In this document: positions 54,013 to 61,363 of the stretch, in pieces
Layout: every line of letters starts with the position of its first letter
Numbering within the stretch: the stretch's first letter is position 1
Source of the DNA: an uncultured delta proteobacterium
GTDB taxonomy: Bacteria > Desulfobacterota > Binatia > DP-6
Length of the DNA: 64,000 bases
Direction of reading: 5' to 3'
Assembly: GCA_963815115.1 (NCBI GenBank)
Contig: CAWFFN010000009.1
Location: forward strand, 1,824,001-1,888,000
Notes under the pieces: model-generated
Seen by the model: only the letters and a program-made list of their open reading frames with translations
What the model was told of the DNA's origin: nothing
The model's database searches: none
Program-made: the position numbers and the translations under genes

Positions 54013-54554
54013 GCCAGCCTCACTGCAGCTTCGCCGATGCCGTGGCGCTGCACGCCCTCGGTGCCCTCGATCCCACCAGTGCCGACGCGTTGCGGGCGCA
54101 CGTCGAGGCAGGGTGCGTCGCGTGCCGGTCCGACGCCGAGGGTTTTGGCGCCGTGGCGCGCGACCTGGCGTTCGACGCCGTGCCCGAGAGGCCCGACCCC
54201 GGGCTGCGCGCCCGCGTGCTCGGCCGTGCCCGCGCCGACGTGGTGCAGCGCGAGCCGGCGAGCGCATCCTCGCGCACATGGCGTGAGGTCCGGAGCGGAA
54301 TCTGGCGCCACGTCGTCGAGGCGTCGCCGCGCGGGCGCTCGTACCTGATCCGGATGGCACCGGGTGCGGCCTCGGGACCCCACGTGCACCGCGTGCGCGA
54401 GGAGTGCTGGGTGCTCTCGGGCGACGTCCGGGTGGAGGCTCAGCTCTTGCGTGCGGGGGAGTCGTGCCGGACGGAGGCGGGTGCGGTGCATGAGGGAAGT
54501 GCGAGCGCCGGTGGGTGTTTGCTGCTGATCGTCGAGGAGGCCGCGGCGGGGTAG
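54009..54554 (+). CDS. Zinc-binding anti-sigma factor with cupin domain (ChrR-like)
   Basis: HVEAGCVAC zinc motif, cupin HVH...EECWVLSG...H; CTGA overlap with the sigma stop. Confidence 0.82.
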   Translation: MSQPHCSFADAVALHALGALDPTSADALRAHVEAGCVACRSDAEGFGAVARDLAFDAVPERPDPGLRARVLGRARADVVQREPASASSRTWREVRSGIWRHVVEASPRGRSYLIRMAPGAASGPHVHRVREECWVLSGDVRVEAQLLRAGESCRTEAGAVHEGSASAGGCLLLIVEEAAAG

Positions 54555-54643
54555 GGCGCGGGGCCGTCGCGTTCGTGAGGGCGCCGGCGGCGTCGCCGAT
54601 GCGACTGAGGTGCTCGGCCCGTTCACCCTCGATGCGCCCCCGA

Positions 54644-54683
54644 GAACAAACGCGGGCCGCAGGGTGTTTCCCTGCGACCCGCG
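54644..54683 (-). terminator. Intrinsic terminator after the DUF4394 gene
   Basis: CGCGGGcCGCAGGG-loop-CCCTGCGaCCCGCG stem followed on the minus strand by TTTGTTCT. Confidence 0.6.
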
Positions 54684-54711
54684 CGGTGTTCGGATCGGGT
54701 GGTGGCTCGGA

Positions 54712-55628
54712 TCAGTTCTGGCCGAGCGGCAGCGCGACGTCCACGACCTGGTCGTTGAACGGGTCGAGCAGAGTCGCCTGCCCGGTCTGGAAGTTCACGC
54801 TGTAGAAGCCGGAGCCGTCGCTCGTGTTGAGCACGCCGAATCCCCGGTTGTCGACCGCCACCCCGCCCACCACGACGCTGTAGATGTCGAGGCCGGCGGC
54901 GAGCCCGGCGTCGACGCCGAGGCTACCGGTGGGGACGAGGTTGGCGGCGACGCCCCCGGGAATGCCGTTGGGTGGCGACTGCACGACGACCTGGTCCTGG
55001 TCGTGGCGACGTCGTAGAGCGTGGTCCCGGTGCTCGTGGCGAGGTCGTTGTTGGTGTAGGCCGCGGCGGTCACGCCCGTGGCGGTGACCACCAACGTGCC
55101 CGCCATGATCGTGAGCGGCGCATCGTTGATCGTCACGCCACCCGCATTGACGTTGTGACGCAGGTTCTGGCCGGTGTTGCTCAGGACCCGGAGCCGGTCG
55201 GCCGCCGGGTTGAAGTCGACCGCGAACGACGTCGCCGCGGGATCGAGCGGCACCGTCAGCTGGTTCACGAACGTCGCCTGTCCGGTGTTCGGATCGATCG
55301 TGTACACGCCGCCGCCGTTTCCGACGCCGTAGAGCTTGCCGTCCTGCACGCGGAAGTCGATGCCGATGAGCGCGCTGTCCGGGCTGCCGAGGCCCGTGAC
55401 GAACCCGACGACCTCCGCCTTGTCGGCCGAGCTCGTGGGAAAGCACAGCAGGCGGCCATCGGCGGTGAGGCCGACGGCCCTCAGGCTCTTGATCCGCGCG
55501 CTGCGACCCTTGCCGGTGTTGCTCACGCAGTTCCGTGCGGCGAATGCCTCGCCTCCGCCGAGCAGCAGCGCGATCGCGCCGGCGATGGCGGCGCGCTGGA
55601 TGGTGGACCCGGTTCTTCCATTGATCAT
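54712..55628 (-). CDS. DUF4394 domain secreted protein (one frameshift near 55005)
   Basis: Signal peptide, LIGIDFR...GKLYG, VDFNPAADRLR, GQNLR, AAAYTN; the C-terminus (QSPPNG, GSLGVD, YSVNFQTG) is in another frame. Confidence 0.82.
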
Positions 55629-55685
55629 GATCGTTTGTCTCCCCTGCCGGCCAGGGGTCGCGCCCCCGGCGTCGGCACCCGTCCC

Positions 55686-55712
55686 TACGCGACGAGTGGA
55701 GAGGACGGATGG
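55686..55712 (-). promoter_or_regulatory. SigK-type ECF promoter for the DUF4394 gene
   Basis: Minus strand CCATCC-N17-CGTA. Confidence 0.55.
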
Positions 55713-55800
55713 AGCTCCAAGGGGAGCGTCACGATGTGACGCGTTCGCCGCTCGATCGTGGTTGCAGCCCTGCGCCGCGTGGGCGGTCCTGGCTGCTCGT

Positions 55801-56859
55801 CTAGCCGGCGACGCGCGCCGTGCTCGGATCGTTGCGGTCGTCGCGCCAGGGCGGATGGTTGAAGTGCACGACGTGGTCGCCATTGTAGGAGGCGACGGCG
55901 TCGTCGAAGGTCATCGTGCCGACCTGGCGCCAGCCGGTGATCTCGCGGCGCTCCTTGAGCGGGCTGCCGCGCGTCACGCCCTCGTCGGAGGTCTCGATGC
56001 GAAAGGTCAGGGTGCGCTTCGGCTCGGGATCGCCGGGGTCGAAGATCTGGGCCATGATCTCGTCGCGGAAATCGAGGCTGTCGCCCGGGATGATGGGCTG
56101 ATCGGGGACGACGGAGAGCTGCATGAACTCGGGCGCGCGGGTCCGCTCGCGCGTCGGCTTGCCGAGCTCGGCGAGCTGGTACACCTGGCGAGCGGACGGT
56201 CTCTTGTCGGCGAGCATGAGCACGATTGCCGTCGCCAGCAGCACTGGCAATCCGCTGCCACGGCGGAAGGCCGTGGTGTTCGGCGCATTGCGAAGGACGG
56301 CCTGGTTGATGCTGGCACTGTCGTCGCCGCCGATGTCCTGCTGGGTGATGAAGCTGGCCGTCGGCAGCGGCTCGGGATGCCGGGGATCCGTCGTCGGATA
56401 GACCCGTCCCACGAGGGCCAGCGATCGGGTGTGCCCCCTGCGGGTCTCGGTGCAGCAGGTCGAGTAGCGCGCGACGATCAAGCCACGGCTGCCCTTCCGG
56501 AAGAAGCCGGTGTAGGGGGTCTCGTCGGTGATCTGCCACATCCCGGTCAAGCAGATGCCGTTGGGATGCAGGAGCCGGCGGTAGCCCTTGCCGTCCGGTC
56601 CCCAGCGCAGGTCGGCCTGCGAGGCCACGGAGCGGCGCGCGGCGGAGAGAAACTGCCACGGCTTGCCGAACGGGAGGACGCCGCGCAGCACGCTTCCGAG
56701 GGTCACCGGAAACCTCTCGAGAGGCGGCTCGCCGACCGCCCCCCAAACCTTCTGGTAGGGGTTGGCGAAGATCGCATCGCGGACCGTGGCGAACCGCGAC
56801 CCGGAGAACCGCCGGTCCTCCTCGGTCAGGCCCTCGATGCCGAGCGATTCTCCGCTCAT
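55801..56859 (-). CDS. Catalase-fold-like hypothetical protein
   Basis: RRLLHPNG (distal-His-like), YTGFF, VARYS motifs typical of the catalase-related N-terminal barrel; GGAGAGG RBS. Confidence 0.6.
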   Translation of the reverse strand: MSGESLGIEGLTEEDRRFSGSRFATVRDAIFANPYQKVWGAVGEPPLERFPVTLGSVLRGVLPFGKPWQFLSAARRSVASQADLRWGPDGKGYRRLLHPNGICLTGMWQITDETPYTGFFRKGSRGLIVARYSTCCTETRRGHTRSLALVGRVYPTTDPRHPEPLPTASFITQQDIGGDDSASINQAVLRNAPNTTAFRRGSGLPVLLATAIVLMLADKRPSARQVYQLAELGKPTRERTRAPEFMQLSVVPDQPIIPGDSLDFRDEIMAQIFDPGDPEPKRTLTFRIETSDEGVTRGSPLKERREITGWRQVGTMTFDDAVASYNGDHVVHFNHPPWRDDRNDPSTARVAG

Positions 56860-56872
56860 CCTCTCCCTCTCG

Positions 56873-58768
56873 TCATCCCCGCGCGGCCGCGGCGATGACG
56901 CCGGCGGCCTTCTCGCCGATCATGTAGACCGGGGTGACGATGAAGAACCCGGGAATCCTCGGGAAGATCGAAGCGTCGACGATGCGCAGCCCGCGTGTCC
57001 CGTGAACCTCGAAGTTGCCGTTCACGACGCCCCCTTGGCTCGGTTCCCCGATCGGGCAGGAGCACGAGGCGTGATGCCCCCAGGCATTGTCCTTCACGAA
57101 GTCGGCGATCTGGTCGTCGGTCTGCACGCCCGCTCCCGGCAATTCCTCCTCGGCGACGACTCCCTTCCGACGGAGACGCGCCGTCAGCTTGCGCACGAAC
57201 TTGACGCCTTCGACGACCGACGTGAGGTCGTCGCCCCGTGCGTCGCTCCCCTCGGTGAAGTAGCGAAAGTCGATGTCGGGCGTGTCGAGCGGATCGGCCG
57301 AGCGCAGCCGCACCGTTCCTGCGCGGTTTTGCGTGTGAGCCTTGAGAATGGCCCAGGTGAGGTAGTTCCGATTGCCCGCGAAGAGCTTCGAATAGCCCGG
57401 GAAGTAGCCGCGGAAGAGGCCGAGAAGCGCAAAGATGAAGAGGTCGGGCACGGGGCGTTCGGGCACGGATCGCTTCACGATCGCAGCGACGGCGCCGTTG
57501 GTCGTGTAGACTCCGTCGCGCTTCGTCTTCCACTCCTCGTACTGTGGATCGCCCGCAGCGAACTTCGCCCCCTTCAGCACCCACCACTCCGGAAAGTTCA
57601 TCCGGTTGACGACGCCGACCTCGTAGCGGTCCTGCAGATTGGAGCCGACGCCGGGGAGATCGATCCGAACCACGATGCCGTGCTTCTCGAGCTCCGCGCG
57701 CGGGCCGATACCGGAGAGCAGGAGGAGCTGCGGTGTGTTGTAGGCGCCGCCAGCGAGGATGACCTCGCGTGAGACGGGGACCTGGCGCGTCACCCCTGGC
57801 TCGTTCGCCGGGTGCTCGTGCGCACGATAGAGGCGCCGTCCCTTGAGGTACTCGACGCCGACGGCGCGGTTGGTGTCGTCGAACAGCACACGGGTCGCCA
57901 GGGCATCGAGCTCGACGGTGAGCTTGTCGGGACGCTTCGCCGCCACGTCGAGCACGCGCTCACGGCTGCCGTTGCGGGCGTGATGCTTCGTGGCCAGCGG
58001 GGTGTAGCGCAGGCCCGTCGAGTCACCGTCGACGAGGCGCCAGTCGTTCGGATCGCCCTTGCCGAGCAGCGACCAGCGAATTCGCTCGAGGAGCGGTGTG
58101 CCGATGGCGCGTTCCTCCGCGGCGATCGTCTTGATGAGGAACTTGTCGAGGTTCTCGTCCTTCACGGCCGCTTTCGGGATCGCGGCCTCGGTGTTCAGCC
58201 ACCCCTTGAATCCATGGCGGGTCGGATTGATCCCGGTGAGCTTCTGCAGGAAGCGCCACCCGGGACGGTGGTGGCAGTTCTCCATCAGCTCGAAGTGCTT
58301 CCGCATGCTCTTCGGCGACCAGGAGCTGTCACCGGTCAGCTCCTCGATGAATCGCCAGTCGTCGTTGTGCGGATAAACGGTGATCTGGGCGTTGTGCGCG
58401 GTGCAACCGCCAAGCGTGCCGGCGCGCGGGTAGAGAACGCCGTCGACGCGCTTCCCGTCACATGTCTCGACGTACTTGGGATCGCGGTTCTGGAGCGTAT
58501 CGTCCCCGTAGTGGCGGACGAAGAAGTCCCACTTCAGGGCGCCGTTCTCGGACGCGAAGGCGTGAAAGCACGGAACGTTGTAGTCGTCGGGCAGACGGTT
58601 GGAGGAGGTTGGATCGGCGGCGTGCATCTCGACCGCATCGCCACCCGCCTCGAGCAACAGAACCCTGTAGCCCTCTTCCGCGAGCCGGGCGGCGACCGTT
58701 CCGCCTCCGGCTCCCGATCCGACGACCACGTATTCGTACTCGGCGCGAGGGAGTCCTTCGATTGCCAT
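56873..58768 (-). CDS. GMC family FAD oxidoreductase
   Basis: VVGSGAGG, GTLGGCTAHN, GAYNTPQLLLLSGIG, VGSNLQD, HHASCSC, LRIVDASIFP. Confidence 0.92.
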   Translation of the reverse strand: MAIEGLPRAEYEYVVVGSGAGGGTVAARLAEEGYRVLLLEAGGDAVEMHAADPTSSNRLPDDYNVPCFHAFASENGALKWDFFVRHYGDDTLQNRDPKYVETCDGKRVDGVLYPRAGTLGGCTAHNAQITVYPHNDDWRFIEELTGDSSWSPKSMRKHFELMENCHHRPGWRFLQKLTGINPTRHGFKGWLNTEAAIPKAAVKDENLDKFLIKTIAAEERAIGTPLLERIRWSLLGKGDPNDWRLVDGDSTGLRYTPLATKHHARNGSRERVLDVAAKRPDKLTVELDALATRVLFDDTNRAVGVEYLKGRRLYRAHEHPANEPGVTRQVPVSREVILAGGAYNTPQLLLLSGIGPRAELEKHGIVVRIDLPGVGSNLQDRYEVGVVNRMNFPEWWVLKGAKFAAGDPQYEEWKTKRDGVYTTNGAVAAIVKRSVPERPVPDLFIFALLGLFRGYFPGYSKLFAGNRNYLTWAILKAHTQNRAGTVRLRSADPLDTPDIDFRYFTEGSDARGDDLTSVVEGVKFVRKLTARLRRKGVVAEEELPGAGVQTDDQIADFVKDNAWGHHASCSCPIGEPSQGGVVNGNFEVHGTRGLRIVDASIFPRIPGFFIVTPVYMIGEKAAGVIAAAARG

Positions 58769-58784
58769 GGATGGTCTCTTCCGC

Positions 58785-61346
58785 TCAGAACGTCTTCAGG
58801 AAGGCGATCAACGCGTGCTTGTCGGCGTCGGAGAGACCCGGTTCACCTTCGCTCTCGGGAAGGAAGTCGGTGCCGAAGTAGTGGCCGCGGTTGACGACGA
58901 AGTCTTTGCATTTGCTGACATCGAGGAGATCCTTCACGAGCGGAGCGAACTTCGTCCTGGCCTGCTCATCGCTGTAGTTCGGCGGCAGCTCGTGGAGGTC
59001 GTTCTTGATCTCGAGCAGGAGATCGACGACCCGATCGCCCTTCGTGAGGTCGATGTTGGAAAGGAGGTTGATCGGGGTTCCCTTCGGGATGGGCCCGATC
59101 TTCACGCCCCCCGGACTGAGCACATTGGGGAAGAACCGGGCCAGCGGTCCCAGAAGTTTCGCCAGCGCCGGCGGGAGGTACCCGGGAGCGACGCTCAGAT
59201 AGGTACTGTCGGAAGTCACATCGACGATGCCGGGGTGCGACTTCCCGGAGACCGTGACGTAGCTGCGGTCGCCCTCGCGCTTCTCGGGCCAGAGCATCTT
59301 CGTGATGCCGTCTTCGAACGCCTCCTCGCGATCCTTGACCGACCCGCTCCATCTGAACCCACCGACGGTGTTGTTCTGCAGATACGGTGCGGTTGCCCAG
59401 AGGCTGATCAGGGATGCCGGCCGCGTGAAGCCCCGGCCCCCGCCCGGCACATCCCAGGTCGAAGCAGCGCCGGTGTACGGGTCATGGATGAGGATGCTGC
59501 CGACGGACGGCAGAGTCTTGTACGACTCCGAAGAGAAGTTGTCCCAGATGTTGTCGCGGAGGGCGTTCGTCGCCAGGGGGCTGCAGGCGTTGGTCTCGAG
59601 CAGCGTCACCGGCACGCGCAGCTCGGTGGAGAGGAAGTTGTCGTCCAGGAAGTCGGAGGCGATGACGATCTGCTGCATCTGATCCTTGAATTCGCCGGTC
59701 TTGGTCCACTGCCAGTAGTCCTTCCAGCACTGGAGGTAGCTCGGACCGATACACCCCGGCTGCATGAAGCTCGTGAAGGCTTTCTCCGGGAGCTTGCTCG
59801 AGTGGCACCGCGCGCAGCGCTCCGCGAACACCGCCTTGCCACGCGGCACCTGCCCGACATCGGCCGCGAGGTAGGCGGCGCCGCCGGGCGCGTTCCTCAG
59901 GTAGTCGGGCCTGGCGCTGGCGAGAAAGAACAGGGCGAGATCGAGCGTCTGGGCCACGTTCGCCTGCCAGTACGTGGAATTCTTCTCGGCATCGGCGATC
60001 CTGATCGGGGAGATCGGGAAGAGGGCGGTGCCACCGAAGAGTGGCCTGAAGTGGAGCAGCCACTCCTCGCTGAACAGGCCGATGTTGAGGTAGACGCGGT
60101 TGAGCGCTCCGAGTCCGCCGACCGAGTCGGCGCCGTCCTTGAGGACGTGGGTCGTCAGCACGGTCTGCGTGGCCGGGTCGTAGAACTTCGACAGCGGAGC
60201 GCCGGGCGGGACGTAGTCGTTGAACTGCTTGTTGTTCACGCTTCCGCCGGCGAGGTGCTCGGCTCCCCACTTCCGTGCGATCTCGAGCCGCGCGCCGAGA
60301 TTGTAGATCGCGTTCATCGTGCGCGGGTTGTTGATCTGATCCGACGAGACGAGCGACGTGTCGAGCGCGCCGGGCCGGGAAGTGTGGAAGAGCTGGAAGA
60401 TGAAGCTCTTCTCCTCGTTCGTGCGATTCCACATGAAGATCCGGTCGATCCAGAAGTACTGCGCGCCGGGGTTGCTGTTCAGGTTCGCCCAGGCGGGATT
60501 CTCCGGATCTGCGGGGGGGTTGGTCGGATTCGGTCCGACGTGGCAGAAGCCGCACGACATGCCCACGCGGTACGGCTTCACCAGGTCGGCGCGGTTGTAG
60601 TACGACTCGTCGGTGTAGTAGGGGTCCCGGTCCCTCTTCGGACCCCGTGCCGCATCCCACGCCTGCTGCGCTTTCTCGTCGAAGTCCGGGTTGGGAAACA
60701 GTCGCAGCCCGACGATGCCGGTGGCGTAGCCGTAGTAGGAGCCGAGCGCCAGCTTGCCCGTGCCTCGGGCACCGATCTTCACGCCCGGGTATTTCTGCTC
60801 GTTCTCGAAGGGATCGGGTGGGCAGCCGGGCCCATCGACACGCTCGTCCAGCCAGAGGCCCCAGCGGTCCTCTCGCGGTCCGGTCGCCTTCCGGAAGCAG
60901 GGCTCGTTGACGAGGCCGAGCTCCTTCCACCGGTTGTCGCGATTGGCCCTCAGGCTGGGATGGTTCGAGAGGGTCTTCAGCAGATCGAGGTTGCCGGCAC
61001 TGCTGCGGGACAGCACGTCCCACAAACGGTCGTTGCCGGCCGTCCAGACGATCCAGTTGTTGCGGCCGCGAACGGCAGCCTTCGCCGCGACGTCGGCGGT
61101 GATGCCCGGGACGTACGGATCCAGCGCGGCGCGGAGCGCCTCGGGATTCTTCGTGATGCCGTAGTCCATGTCGCGATAGTAGTCTTCATCGGCTGCGGTC
61201 AGGCTCGCAGCATTTCGGCCCGCCAGCCTGGCCTCGTCCAGTACCGTTCCAGGCTGTGGTTTCTTTCCCTGAACGTGGTTCCAGACGAGCAGGCCGCCGA
61301 TGGCTCCGACCACGATGACGACGAGCGCGAGCACGAGCTTCCCCAT
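58785..61346 (-). CDS. Large membrane-anchored/exported diheme c-type cytochrome (RoxA/bCcP-like superfamily)
   Basis: N-terminal TM/signal, CGFCH and CARCH motifs, WATAPYLQNN, C-terminal GHYFG...LSDADKHALIAFLKTF. Confidence 0.8.
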   Translation of the reverse strand: MGKLVLALVVIVVGAIGGLLVWNHVQGKKPQPGTVLDEARLAGRNAASLTAADEDYYRDMDYGITKNPEALRAALDPYVPGITADVAAKAAVRGRNNWIVWTAGNDRLWDVLSRSSAGNLDLLKTLSNHPSLRANRDNRWKELGLVNEPCFRKATGPREDRWGLWLDERVDGPGCPPDPFENEQKYPGVKIGARGTGKLALGSYYGYATGIVGLRLFPNPDFDEKAQQAWDAARGPKRDRDPYYTDESYYNRADLVKPYRVGMSCGFCHVGPNPTNPPADPENPAWANLNSNPGAQYFWIDRIFMWNRTNEEKSFIFQLFHTSRPGALDTSLVSSDQINNPRTMNAIYNLGARLEIARKWGAEHLAGGSVNNKQFNDYVPPGAPLSKFYDPATQTVLTTHVLKDGADSVGGLGALNRVYLNIGLFSEEWLLHFRPLFGGTALFPISPIRIADAEKNSTYWQANVAQTLDLALFFLASARPDYLRNAPGGAAYLAADVGQVPRGKAVFAERCARCHSSKLPEKAFTSFMQPGCIGPSYLQCWKDYWQWTKTGEFKDQMQQIVIASDFLDDNFLSTELRVPVTLLETNACSPLATNALRDNIWDNFSSESYKTLPSVGSILIHDPYTGAASTWDVPGGGRGFTRPASLISLWATAPYLQNNTVGGFRWSGSVKDREEAFEDGITKMLWPEKREGDRSYVTVSGKSHPGIVDVTSDSTYLSVAPGYLPPALAKLLGPLARFFPNVLSPGGVKIGPIPKGTPINLLSNIDLTKGDRVVDLLLEIKNDLHELPPNYSDEQARTKFAPLVKDLLDVSKCKDFVVNRGHYFGTDFLPESEGEPGLSDADKHALIAFLKTF

Positions 61347-61363
61347 GGTGTGTGTCCCTTCGG

